Below, one piece after another: positions 48,964 to 62,794 of a DNA stretch of 64,000 bases (its first letter is position 1; the number at the start of each line of letters is the position of its first letter). Below the pieces are notes generated by a model, which saw nothing but the letters and a program-made list of their open reading frames with translations, was not told where the DNA came from and searched no databases. Source of the DNA: Monocercomonoides exilis PA203 (taxonomy: Eukaryota > Protista > Preaxostyla); NCBI GenBank assembly GCA_001643675.2, contig LSRY02000025.1, positions 62,001-126,000 of the forward strand, read 5' to 3'. Position numbers and translations under genes: made by a program.

Positions 48964-49598
48964 TAGCAGAAATGTTACTGTTTTATTTTTTCACGTTTTG
49001 CCCATTTGCCCAGTTTGCCCGTTTGCCCACATATTTTGCAGAATATAATTGACCAGGTCCACCCGGTCCACCCAGTCCAGGTGAAAAGCACGGAGATTTA
49101 ACTCAATATTTCCACGCCACAGCATCACCCACATTTCCTGACAAGCTTAACCTGTGCAGGCAAAACATCTGTTTGGAACAACTGACGATGTGACTGATGT
49201 GTACCACTGACGATATAACGAACGTATACCACCGACGATGTCATGTGGCAATGTGGCAAGATGATGATACAGTCGAAAATAAATGAAATCTTTCAAAATC
49301 ATAGCAAATTAGGGGTAAAATGCTCATGTTGGCAGAAATGGCATGTTGGCAGCTCTTTTCAGATGAAATCAAAAGATCCGGACTACCGGACTACAGGACT
49401 ACGCTTCCAGTACGGAGATTATAGCCAATATTCCCCTTCCCCAAGCCTCTCGATATTGCCACAATCCTGTATCCTGACTACCGGTTTACCACTTTTTCAA
49501 GCAAAAATATAGATGTTGGCAATCCACCACAACGCCATCGTGACTACTGTTTGGTACAATCAACGATACAACAAACGTGTGTAGTCAGTTATATTTCA

Positions 49599-49850
49599 TT
49601 AATTATCACATTGTTCCCAATCAAGCCTGTGCAGGCAATAACCACTAACTTTTTCCATCAACTCATCTAACAACTCATCACTTTCGATAAGCTTTCTCCT
49701 CAATATCTTAATCAACTTCTTCTGTTTCTCAGATGCATGTTCGTTGTAATACTTAGTTTCTTCCTTTCGTTTTTCCTGAAACTGTTTAATTTGTTTCTGT
49801 TGAGCCTCTTTCGCTTCCTCCACAGTTGCGTATATCTTCTTCCGACTCAT
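49599..49850 (-). CDS. Mirror copy of small basic protein
   Basis: Identical protein to 36451-36702. Confidence 0.65.
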   Translation of the reverse strand: MSRKKIYATVEEAKEAQQKQIKQFQEKRKEETKYYNEHASEKQKKLIKILRRKLIESDELLDELMEKVSGYCLHRLDWEQCDN

Positions 49851-52800
49851 TTTCGATAAAACAAAAAAACAAAATCAATTATTTTTATTTACGATTTCAC
49901 CAACGATCACACAAACGATTTCATCAACGATAACATCAACATTCAACACATAACACGTTCAACATACAACACATGTCTAATTTTTTTTTGAAAAGTTCCT
50001 TTTGTATAATTTTCAAATTAAATAAAAATTCCATTTTTCAATCAAATTTCTGTTCCCACTCCCCAAATTTCGCTGTCGTGAAAATAAAATCTTGATAATG
50101 TTTATTTTTCCATTTTTGTAAATTTTCATGAGAAAGAACAGAAATTTGATTGAAATATGAAATTTTTATTTTATTTGAAAATTAAACAAAAGGAACTTTT
50201 CAAAAAAATTTAGACACATGTATTTCATCAACGATAACACCAATTTTCACACAATTTCACCACTAATTTACCAACTTGAAAATAACTTTCGTTAATCTTC
50301 CAGTTAATCTTTTAGCTAATTCTCCTTCCCGGAGATATGTTATGTCAGCTATAGATCCATCTCGATTACACCATATCAATAACCCCAACTTTATCGAACA
50401 TCACTGCCAACATAGTCATCGAAAACCCTGAGAATACCAGCAATAACTCTCGATCATCTATCTCTCCTCATTGCTTATTCTATATTATTGTGCAAAATGA
50501 TAACAACCATCAGATATACATAAAACGATCTCCATCATATTATAATTGCCTATCCAACTTATTATACAAGATGATAACAACCATTAGATATTCATAAATA
50601 GATAATATTGATTGACATCATCGAGATGGATCCATAGCAGGTATGCCAAATCTCTCTTGAATAGAAAATGAAAATATAATTTTAAAGATCATAAAACATA
50701 TGTTGAAATTTAACAATACACATGAACATTTACGCAAAAATATAGCAGTTTAACAGATATTCATCAGATAAACAACAGTTTGTTGTTAATTATTGTTAAA
50801 AAACATTAATTCTCAAAATAAGTTATCTAAACAAATTGATCAAAGTTTTCGAAAAAAAATTACAAAGATAATATTATTTTATAATGAATTGAAATTCATG
50901 AATTTTCACTTTTTTCACTTGAAAAGCCCACAACTATAATTACCTCATCTTTTTCATCCTCTGTCCTTATTTTTGGTATTGCCTCAGTTGCTTGGCGAAC
51001 ATTCCATTCAACCACTTTTCTGAATATATTTCTCTGTACTATTTCTTCTTCTTCGAAAATCACTTTGAAAGCTGGACAGATATGTGACAAAGTTTCTAAG
51101 AATTCTTCAGCAGTCTTGCTTGATTCAGTTTCGATCTTGAATGAAGATGTTAGAGTGACTTTAGAAATCGGAGAGGATGACTTTCGGGCTGATAACAATC
51201 AGCTCTGAGAGGCTGGTGCTATGCGAGCTAGAAACACTGGGCAAAGTGGCGAGCACAATGTTTTCACAGATCAAGTGCACCGGGAGCCGCAGCGTGGTGG
51301 AGTGCAGCAGGTGTGAAAAGATTGCAGGGGTGGGGAGAAGGGGAGCGAAGGCGGGGGATGTGTAAAGATCGCAGCGAGGCCAGAGGAGGTGGTGAAGCTA
51401 GGCACAGGCCCATGGCTTGTATTACGGTGTGTTCTTGGGGGAGGTGGATGCCTCCAGGCAGTTTGCCCTCGACGAGCTCAGAGGAAGATGCAGCACATTT
51501 CAACTGGAATATGCCCAACACCTACCTCAGTGCCATCGACGAGCGCTGCGGATTCAAGCTGCTCTCTGCACGACCATCCCTCACGCCCTTTCCCTCAGAC
51601 TCACTCCGCTCACCCTTTCCTCATTCACCATCTCCGAAACATCCCACACCTCCGACCGACACCGACCATGTTGTCGAACTCCTCCCCCTTTATCACCTTC
51701 GATAGCGCTCACCAGATGCTTGTCGACCAGGATACCGGCTCCTCTTCCCTCCATGTTAGCTCCATGCATGACCCCCTGTGCATCCCTCTCCACCGTCGTA
51801 CTCTTTATCAAAAGTTAATGTTGTTTTTCCAACATTCGAATCATATTTTTCTCTTTAAGAAATATTCCTGCTCATTTCGCCTTCGCAAACACGCTGATGT
51901 TGTTGCCTTTCTCAACACCTGCATCCTCACCCACCGGCACTTCTCCTTTCATTCCTCTTTCTCCCATGCCAACTTCTCCACCATCTGTGCTGTCACCTCT
52001 GCTCGTGTTTCAACAATGTCATCAGCTACAACGTTAAGTTCCTCATCGAAGAAGATCTCACAGTTGGAGGTTTCAGTTTTGTGATTCTCTTCTTCCAGTG
52101 TTAAATCTGTCAATAAGTTCCTTCAGCGTGATGCGTTCCATCTTCACTGACATCTCGCTCATCGAACTCCAAATCAGCACGTTCAAGTGTAATAGCAGCA
52201 CGGATCTAGTCTATCTCGCAAACTGCACCATCTCCCAGAGAGGAGCTCCCTCTGCCCTTGGGCTTGAATCCTTGTTCTCACATAGCTCTTCAGTCATTTT
52301 CGATGCCTGCTCAATTAATGGATGTGCTTCACAACCGCAATAAATCTCGATTGTGAACTGCATCTGACTCACAAGAAAGTGTCTATAAATGGAATGTTCA
52401 TATTGTGATTTTTGACAGAGTCGCTGGAGGCGTATGTGCCTATCCCTTCTGATTCACAAATAACGGCTCAGCTATTCGTAATAACTATTTCTCTTGCTTC
52501 AATTCCGTCTGCCACAACGCTGTCGTTCTATTCATTTCCTTGCTCTGATGAAGCAATAACATGTTGCGTGTGACTTTTATGGGGCTTCCAAAAAGAGAAA
52601 CTTAATTGGAACTGTATATCATCTTAGCCCCTTTTCAGGCATTTCGTTTCTGCTCTTTCGAGTTTGGAAATAAGAAAACCACCTAGCAGGATGGCTATTA
52701 AATTCAACGGATGTCTTCTTCATCCCTGCAATCTGTGTTTTTCTATTGCACAGAAAAAGGAAAAAAAGAGGAGGTTGATTGGAACAAGTTTGATGAAAAT

Positions 52801-53949
52801 GGATCATTGTCAGAAAGAGAATCTTAAGGAAGAGTGGCAAAGGATCTCGTCAGCAGCTGTGGAAGTGAGATAGAAGTGAGTTTGGGCATGTTATTTGGAT
52901 AGATAGCACAATCTACATCAATACTGTCATTCATTCAACTCAATCTTTCCTCTTTAATCTATGTTAAATAATAACATATTGCAAAACTTCTTTAATTAAT
53001 TGCCTTTTCCTCATTTTCAACTTTAACTTTCCTTTGCTCATTTAAATCATCCTTCCTCTGAAACTATTCTTCTCAACAGCTGAGTGTCAGGTATCAATGA
53101 AATAAATAGCGTCTGAGCCTTCTCCATAATTGGTTCTTTTTTCATTCTCCTTTTTCATCACTTTCTGATTATCTTCTTCTTTGTCGTACGATCTCCAATT
53201 CTTTAAATATCCTGAATGTGAAAAAGAATCATTTCGAAAATCAAAAGAATAACAACAAACCTCTCGAAAATGTTTGAAGTCCGTTTTCAGTATTTTCCCT
53301 TCCAGACTTTATTCATTCATCATTTTTGGGCTTCCTAATCGTATTCAATCGTATTGAAAGCAAATTGTTCAATAATTTTCTTTCAGTGTTCTTATCAAAC
53401 ATCTTGTTTTCTCATTCGATTATATTCAATGCTTCATTGATTTCTCTCATTCTTTTTTCTTTGATAATTATAATTTTTCTTCTTGCATCATGGAATCTCT
53501 GTCAATTTTTCATTCCCAACGTTGTCTTTGGCTTTTTGCATAAATTCTCTTTTAGAGATTTCAATCATAACATGTTTCTTCCTCCTCCTCCTCATCTTTA
53601 TCATCATCTTCTTCTTCCTCTTCATTCATTCGTTCAGGCGACTGCTATATAATGCGAGTAATTAAACCCACATTTAAAAATGTGGCCCAAATCACTCACA
53701 TTATGGCTCAAAATTTCATCTCATTAGAAAATTCATAAATTTCAACTTGAATAAAGCATATACATTTGAAGAATGAGGTGCTTTTTCACACACTTTAGTG
53801 TGATCTAAAATATTTACTGTTTTAAATAATTTCAGTTCATTTATTTTCTATCTAAAATAAAAGTGAATCATTATCTTTATCGATTCAAGTTGCAATAATA
53901 ATTTGATAAAAAAATAATTTAAATATTTTTTCATTCATTTTAAAATTCA

Positions 53950-54297
53950 ATGGGAAGAAAAAAGTTATATGAATCAGAAGAAGAGGCAAAAGCAAAACAA
54001 CTGCAGCAAATAAGAAAAAGTCAAGAAAGATACAAATTACAAAATGAGTTCTTTAAAAAGCATTCACATTCAATTCAACAAACTGTCATAAAAATGCTTT
54101 CAAAACACATGTTCGAAAGTGAAGACACTTTAAAAGAGGTCCAAACAATTCTCAATAATGCTAAATACATTTCTATTGAAGAGGCTTATAGAAAATATTG
54201 TGAAAACAGTTTGCTGTTCCCGGCACTTCGTGATGAAAAAGATTTAAAAAAGAACATACCAGATAGCACTGATGAAAATAAAGATATAAAACAGTAA
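53950..54297 (+). CDS. Small basic helical protein (mirror copy)
   Basis: ORF track, 115 aa. Confidence 0.6.
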   Translation: MGRKKLYESEEEAKAKQLQQIRKSQERYKLQNEFFKKHSHSIQQTVIKMLSKHMFESEDTLKEVQTILNNAKYISIEEAYRKYCENSLLFPALRDEKDLKKNIPDSTDENKDIKQ

Positions 54298-54698
54298 TGA
54301 ATATCATTAGTAAATAAAACGTTTGTGATTTTTATTTTTATCTTCTTTCAAAAGATGTCAAAAACAGCTAAAATTGTTAAAAAAGAATTACCAGATATAA
54401 CAATAATTGAACCTTTTTCACCTGATATTAAAACATTTGAAACAGTTCAGGAGTTCAAAGAATATCTAACAGATAATGAAGAAGAGATGAATAAGCTATC
54501 CACATGAAAACTCAATAAGCAATATCACATAGAAGGATATAGAATCACTAAACTCAATAACAGGATATCACTAAAGAAATCTGCAAATAATTTCTTGTTT
54601 TGAAATTTGTCGAACGATTCTGAAATTATTTATACAATCAATATTTTGTCCAAACAAATGGAAATCGTTGTGGAAACTTTGAAAAATAATAGAATTCT

Positions 54699-55607
54699 TT
54701 AAATATTTCTAACATATCTCACGTTGATAGCTGTTCTTCTGTTCTTATCGCTTAGTTCTGAAGACACAAAGTGTCCGGAAACTTCGTTTCTTCCCTGTCG
54801 GGGGTCATCCTTTTTAGCACTAATAATAGTCTTTATTTTTGTCCCGTCATCATCATATGAGAAGTGCATGATGTCTCTTCGACTTAAATTTTTGTAGCCT
54901 TCCCATAGAGTATCACGATCTTGATTAGTCTGCAACTGATAATATACATGATTGAACTTCAATTTGGAGAATCCTCCAAATATCCACAGAGTGTCCAAAT
55001 TAGCTTTCACTTCTGAGCATATTCCTTTTGGATCTTGTAAGCATAAGAAGTATGTGATCATAGGCTGTCTATTCTCAAACAGTAATCTTAATATTCCATC
55101 TTTCTTTTGAACATCTCCATGCAATCATCAAATAAAACTGCTGTGTGATGAACAGGTTGAGAAAAAGTCTTCTATATGCAGTGTCTCTAATACAGCATTC
55201 ACAACTGAATCATCCTGTTGTTTTCTATTGCGTATGTCACGATATAGTTCTTTGGCATTACTGATATCAGTTAGTGTTTTTAAAGCTTCATTATATCTCT
55301 CTTGCACTATTGGAAATTCAATAAATTTCTTCATCCTCTCAAATATTTGATCACAACTCTTGTCAGACACATACACAAATAATGAATTGCCTCCAAAATG
55401 CAACTCAGGAGTGACATCATATTCTTGATATAATTCATCTAATGCACTCACTTTAGCTTGTTCTTTCAAAACACTATATGTTTTTCTATTTCCTCTTCCT
55501 CCTACAAGCAAATTAACAGAATTGCGTTTGAAAAACAGATCTGGATGTTTATCTGATTGAATCTCATGCGTGATATCTAATTCTGCATCTCTGTTTCTTC
55601 TATTCAC
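54699..55607 (-). pseudogene. Packaging ATPase (mirror copy, homopolymer frameshifts)
   Basis: Two ORFs matching 30698-31606. Confidence 0.85.
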
Positions 55608-56108
55608 GATTGTCTCTAAGGATCTCGAGTTGATTTCTTTTAGAATCTGTCAACTTTTCATAATGATAATTATTTAGTATTTCAATCTGATAAAAACATT
55701 TTTATCTTGTATATAAGAACTACTGATGTCAAACAGTCCAAATCTGCTTGAGTTACCAAAAAAAGGAATTTCACTATTTTCATCAGATCCCACCAATAGA
55801 AAAAAGTCACATGCAGGTGGTCCAAAAGAAAAACTTGGAATGGATGAATTGAAACATATTATACTTGATCAACAACAGGAAATACGATATTTTAAAGATC
55901 TCATGAGTGAACAGTCAGGGAAAAACTATCTGAAACGAAATAAACTTTGGAAAGAAGGAAAAGATTGGAGTTTCGATTTAATAGATCATGATAACAACCC
56001 TGATACTCCCGATAAGATCATTTGGAAAACTCCTAATAGTGATATATATGCTGTTGATGGATATACAACAGGAAATGAGCGCAAGAGAAGAAAACTTATG
56101 AGTAATTA

Positions 56109-58604
56109 CAGTCGGTGCCAAAGCCGATCCTTGGTGCGAAATTCGATCCTTGCATAAACATTGATCTTGTTCATTTCTGTAAAATTATCTCTATATTGAA
56201 TTTTTTGAAGATATTTCCAAGGCAGTTGCATCTGGAATAATCATTAATCAATTAAAAGAAATAACAAGAACTCAATTCATTATTTTGGCTGATGTTTTTG
56301 TAATCAATGAATCTTTCATTTTTTGTGTTCACAACAAAAAGAAATAATTCCATATATTTATATTTGTTTTGTTGCGAATTAAAACATATTATTAACATAA
56401 AAAAATTAACAAATACATCACTAATCAAAAGTTTCAATGATTGTTCATTTGATCATACCCCATATGTCATGAGAAACTCAACATATCTTTCTCCTCTTCA
56501 ACTTCATCGCGAACTCGCATCCAGCAAATATCGTTCCATTCATTCAACAACCAAAAAGATATTTGCTATACGCCGTGATCATTCACTGAAATGGCAAACT
56601 GTTGTTGGCGAAAATATTATTTCCAAAGGTGCTTGGTTCAGAGGTGTTAAAGCGGAGAAGGAAGGAAGAGATGTTGGAGTGGATGGGCATCCTCTAACAA
56701 TTAACGCGCGCCAGCTCGATATAATTGAAAATCAAGTCCTTGTCAAATTATCAGAAAAAGAAACAATTAAAGTGCACGATGTCCAGAACATGGTTTGATT
56801 TATTTTTTATTTTTTTTCTTTTCAGAAATTTTTTTCTTAGTGTGCGGATATTCTTGAAAAAGAGTGTGGTGAAAATAAAGAACCAAAAAAACTCAACGAA
56901 AAGTTCGCATACAAGCTTTTAAAAAGAAGTGAAATTATACATGCAGCAGTATCGAGACCTATTGAGTTATCAAAAATAGCAGCACAATCGCCAGAGAATG
57001 TGAGACAATGGTTTGGAGAATTGTCTGAAGTTATTAGCAGGAATAACATTGATTCATCGAGTATATTTAATTTTGATGAATCTTCGTTGAATTTAAGTGA
57101 AAGCACAAGAAAACTGGTTGTTTGTTTAAAAATCAAATTCCGCCTGCTTCAACAGCTCCTCCAAAAGTTCCTAATTCAACTTTGTGTCTGTGTGTCTGTG
57201 CAGATGGTTCTTCACTTCAACGATTTCTTCTTTGGCCCATGAAAAGTTTGCCACAAAAATTTTCATCTCTTTCTGCGTTCGACATCAAAGTTCTTCCTTC
57301 TTCATCCGGTTGGATAACTAAAGAAATATTTAAAAACATCATGATCAATTTTTGGATACCTGCGATTGTCTCTAAAGTTAAACCAACATCGACGCATAAA
57401 GCCCTGTTCCTAATGGATAATCATGGAACTCATTCAGACAATTCTGTTGCAGATTTTGCAGAGAAACACGATATCATTTTGAAGTGTTTTCCACCAAATA
57501 TGACCCATCTATTACAACAGTGCGACTCGTGCATCTTTTCTCGTTTGAAAACAACTCTTTTCAATAAATTTCACGTTCCTGTTCCGTTTTCGATTCATTC
57601 CTACAGATCTTCCCTTGCAGACACACTCCCTGAAGCAGTTGCTGCTGCGGTAATGCCTTCGACTATTAAAGCAGCGTTCATAAAAGCAGGCGTCTGGCCT
57701 GTTGCAGCTGCCACAGTCTTGGATCGCATATCTAGATCCCACATCCAAAATCACAAATGCAATTCTAATACTTCAGTTTCTTCGCAAGATTGGAGAGAAG
57801 AGTTGTTTGGGAATTTTTCTCCTCATAGCGATAAACAATTATCTTCTTTACAATCTTCAAAACATTCATCTTTCCACGATTCTGAAATAATAAAAAATCG
57901 CTCAACATTTATCGATGATCACAGTATAAATTCAACAATAAAATTTTCCACAGACGAAAACTCCACTGAAGAAAAATCATCAGAAGAAGCAAAAGAGATG
58001 GATGATTCAGAGCTAATGAAACAAATTGAATCAACAAAAGAGCATTTACATTATCTTCAAAAACAGCTGATGAAAATTTGAAAACCAACTTTATCTTCTT
58101 CTGAAATGAAACGAAAGAACAAACATAGTAGGTAAGAACTTAATGAAATGTTAAATAAAGAACCAGCAAAGGAAAAAAAGTTATCGAGAAAAAAAGCAAA
58201 GAGAATGATTGAAATACTAAAAGACGATGAAAAAGAAGTGAAATCAACTTCAAAAAATGATAACAGAGATTTTGATCACCCTCCCAGAGAAATTTCTCCT
58301 TCATTTAATACGAAAGAGAAACGCATTAGAGAAACATACTACTCAAAATTCAACTGCAGAATAAAACTCTAGCCTTCACACCATTTTGAAGAACTAACAA
58401 GAAGTTTTCTTTTTAAAGAATTGCTTCATATCAATTATTTTTTGACCATACCAATAATAAAACAAACACAAAATGAATTTTCTTTGTTAATTATTTCATT
58501 TGAAAATTACTATATATTTTGCCAAATACCTGGTTTCAACGAATTGTTATATATATTTTATCTTTTATTCAAGAAATACTTTTTACAACTTCGAAAAATG
58601 ATTG

Positions 58605-58639
<35 letters not shown>

Positions 58640-58678
58640 TTCGGGTTTCGCACCAAGGATCGGCTTTGGCACCGACTG
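56109..58678 (+). mobile_element. pogo transposon (mirror copy)
   Basis: Same 33-bp TIRs and TA TSD. Confidence 0.95.
56469..58081 (+). CDS. pogo DD35D transposase (mirror copy; intron 56793-56840)
   Basis: Exon 1 intact; one homopolymer frameshift near 57130. Confidence 0.85.
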
Positions 58679-59372
58679 TATATTGATAAATATCCAAACT
58701 TGAATGACAGACGTGAGAACAAATATGTTGATTATTTGAAGAATCTTCATAAAGGACAAGTTGACAGAATGGATATTGATTTCAAAAAGAGAGTAGTTTC
58801 ACAGATCCTTGAGAGGTTTCAATTAAGTTTCGACACAAGTGATGATGTGAGAAAATTATGTGAAAATAAGAAATTCACCTACAGTCAGCATCTAACAAAA
58901 ATTAATTCTGTAATATACAGACAGTGTTTGATTTATGATATGATGATGGCTATCAATCCATATATCGGTATTTACAATATGTTTATCGATAAAGAAAATG
59001 TGATATCAAAGCGCAGGAAGTATTGGAAAGCATTCTTCTCTCGATTAACTGATGACGATTTCGATGTTCTCATTAAAAGATATGCTTTAACAACGATTCA
59101 AGTTGCGAAAATGATATTCACTTCTCTAAATCCTTTGACAAATTTTGTGCCATTAATTAATACAAATCCGGATCTTCAGAATCCTTTTATTGAAATATTG
59201 ATCAAATCTAATCAAGGCTCAAGTTTATCGTCATCAGCTTCTTCGTCTTCTTTATCTTCAGCAATTACTAAAAAGATGGATGTTGAAGAAGAACAATTCT
59301 AAACAAATTATAAATACAAAAATAAATAATAACATAAAGTGAAAAATATTTTTGTGGATTCAATTAATAATT

Positions 59373-59733
59373 TTATTTTAAAAGTTGAATTCTTCTGTTA
59401 AGCAATCCTTGCTTTAGAATATCTGATGTACTCGATGTTGCTCGATTCATTACTCCTGATCTGTTTAATGCTCCCGAATTATTAGAATTTTGCAGATCGT
59501 AAGAGATGTTTCTGCTTCTGTTTCCTAGAGCATTATCTGCAAAATCACTTACTGTGTTGAAAACGTTATTAATTAGTTTTCCAGGACCAGGAAGGAATGG
59601 TGATACAGTATTCAATACAGGTCGAATAAGAGGCTTCACTACCTTATCGTTCACCCATTTAATACCATTTTTCACTGTATTAAATGTATTCGAGAAAAAA
59701 GTTTTTCATTTTGATCCAAATTCCAGCTGACAT
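59373..59733 (-). CDS. pVI-like amphipathic protein (mirror copy, homopolymer frameshift)
   Basis: Mirror of 26580-26939. Confidence 0.5.
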
Positions 59734-59791
59734 ATTTTGATAGCGATTAAAAATTATATTCTTCAAGTTTTTATCTTCTTCAAAGTACGAA

Positions 59792-61552
59792 ATGTCAAAT
59801 CTGCATGTTACAAAAGCACTTGGGTTACAGCCTGTTGGAAATATTGAGGCTGCATTAAAAACTTATTCAAAAATGACTGCAATCAACGATGGAAGACACT
59901 ATTATTCAATTTCAGAAGCTATTCCTGATGAAAAACTTCCTTTGGATTACACTCATGAAATAAACATATCTATGACTAACGCAAATGTGAATGTCACACA
60001 AATTCACGATTTATTTATCACTACAGTCATTACTGCAAGAATCAATTTCTCTCATGATCTTGTTACACGCGATAATGAGATCTCACAAGCAGGAAAGAAA
60101 CCGCTTGAGTCTCAATTTATGTTCATCGGACTGAGATCAGGATCTAATATTATCTCAGATTATTGTGTTGTTCATGGAGAAGATAAGATTATTGATTCGA
60201 CTCGTCAGCCCAATGCAACTATTGAATCATTTAAATAAAACACAATCAAGCCAAAAACTGAGAAAGATAATCGAAAACATATACACTCTTTATATGATAA
60301 TGTGCACAAATATGATAATTCTGCTTGTGGAGTCTACGTTCCGATAACACTAATTAAAGCAGGATCTTATCTTGATATTGATATTCCAATATCCATTCCT
60401 CTTGATGATATTCTTCTGTTATCAGGATTTATTGATTATCCTAATCGTTTATTCGGAGATTTGAAATTGAAATACACCATAATACCTGAAGCACTTGTTT
60501 ACTGTCGAGTATCTCCAAAAATGTCCATGATCAAAACTGTAGGAAAACGAAGAAACTACTTCAAATCTTCACAAGGACAAAACTACGATAGCATAATGAA
60601 GATGATCCTTGCTACTCCTGATTCATGTTTTGAGTATGCAAAGAAGTTCACACAAATAAACTGTCCTTCACGTCAGTTTGTATTCAATTATGACTTAACT
60701 GCTGAAGGAACTGTTGATGGATTCAATTATGAAACTATTATTCCTGAGTTCACTCCTACAGTCACATTCTGCCAGACGAAAGACTGTAAGATCTCTATTG
60801 CGGGATATAATGTGTCTTCTCAGTGTTTAACAAATCTTGTTGAATACTTCTCTTCTCATCCATTTGTTGTTCCTTCACAAAGAATTGAGACAAAAAGATT
60901 AGGAAGTGCTCCTACTCCTTCAGGATTTCAACAGTGCCATGACAACTTATGCTTTAATCATGTTATGTCAACAGTTACTCCATTCCAAAAAGATACTCGT
61001 CATTGGACAACATTTGATAACCCTCAATATAAAGAGCTCCAACTCTACATCGGTGATAGACGATTCCCGGAAAAGCCTTTAAATACTACAGATGCAACGT
61101 TTTTCCAGATGATGTTTAATGCTTCAGATCTTGATTCTTTATTCCCTGCAACTGAGGAGTATGAAGAGAGTCTCACAAGTGTCAAAAATAATGCTTCTGA
61201 AGTCTTCTTTCCAACAACTGATGATACGTCATTCATGTTCACAACACAGTGTGAGAGAAGTGGTGGAACTGGAATCTGTTTTGATGGAATTCACACTGGA
61301 AATACTCCTGTTTCTGTTGAACTCAGAGGAACTCCCATTTACAGTGGAGAAACAGATACTAATTACAACGTTAGAGATGATCTCACTCAAAATGCAAGAC
61401 ATCCCCCTGCTCCTCTATTCAACATGGTTCAACAATCATTTTGGATTTTTAGTCTTTAAGATGGATTAAATGTTCAATATGTTAAAGATCATACTGCAGA
61501 AGATGTATTAAGAGCGTTAGGATATACTCCTGCTGGAGAATTAGAAGAATAA
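59792..61552 (+). pseudogene. Putative major capsid protein (mirror copy)
   Basis: Same two in-frame TAA codons (60236 and 61457). Confidence 0.65.
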
Positions 61553-61621
61553 ACCAACCAATTATAAATATATTTTTTATTTTTATCAATAATGAAATAG
61601 TCAATCATTACAAATACATAA

Positions 61622-62245
61622 ATGAAAAATGAAATTGTCCTTTGTACTACATTAATAATATCAACAATTGTCCAAATATTCCAGTGTTTATTATTAACAG
61701 CAGCAATAAAAAATGAAGATCCTCCAAGACTTCCAACACCTGAATCGATGTATGTATAATTTCATTTTTGAAATGCATTGGGATTTTAATTTTCAGAAAA
61801 TGACTGCACATAAAGTGCATCCAGCGATTTCGTCGAAAATAGATATTAATTATCATATCGGTTTGCTTGTTAAAAGATATCACACAACATCAACTTTAAT
61901 CACTAATCTTCCAAAAGCGTTAATAAATTCAAAACACAAAAGATAATTTCATGTTATATGGTGCAAAATGATCCGAAAAATTGAATAAAACAACACTGAA
62001 TCTTCAAATTTAATAAATACTATTGCACTTGAAGAGCCGAAACACATTTCATTACATGGGGATTTCATCCATGAAGATAAAGATAATGATTCACTTGTTA
62101 GGTATTGCAATGAATTTCAAGAGAGAGATAAATATCAACAGTTTTTCAACAAAATTACTTCAGAGTTTGGCTCAAAAATTTTGATGAAACTCCTTTGGAT
62201 ATGTCTTATGTTAAATTCGTAATGAAATACATGTTGGAATATTAA
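61622..62245 (+). pseudogene. Putative minor capsid protein (mirror copy)
   Basis: Mirror of 24068-24691. Confidence 0.45.
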
Positions 62246-62496
62246 ATCAAAAATATATCTAAACTGTTCTCATTATTTATTCCTATATTAGTCATATTTT
62301 TTCATTTATGTTTAATAAACACAAACTATTCACAAAAGAAATATCAAAAAAGAATGTCAGTGCACCGGGTCATTTAACTTTCTATAAAATCAGTGACCTA
62401 ACGGCCAAATCGGCCAATACGATAATAAAAACATTAACGATTCTATCATCTCATATCTTTTATTAGGGATGCTGGAATTCCAGTATCCCCAAAAAA

Positions 62497-62720
62497 TGAT
62501 ATCAAAACAGTCGATTTCATAGTCAAAAATGATTCGGCACAAGTGACTAAGTTTTGCATGTGCCAACATGTGTCATGTTGTTTTTTCATATAAGAAGTAC
62601 TGATTTCAGTCTCAATATTAATCAATCTTGCATCAAAAACGGTATAAGACCGGAGCAAGTGGAGCGGAGCAAGTTGTAAAATCGTTGTCTCTGAAAATAG
62701 TGGCCATACGGACATATTGG
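62497..62720 (+). repeat. Inverted repeat A' (mirror copy)
   Basis: Direct match to 20694-20917. Confidence 0.9.
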
Positions 62721-62794
62721 TCATTATTATAAGAAAACAAGAAAATAAGCTTAATTTCAAAAAAATAACTTTTTTTATTTCCACTAAAAGACAT

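Larger units (their letters stand above)
55726..59302 (+). pseudogene. Hypothetical gene split by pogo (mirror copy)
   Basis: AGT AAT TA|element|TA T ATT GAT AAA. Confidence 0.75.
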
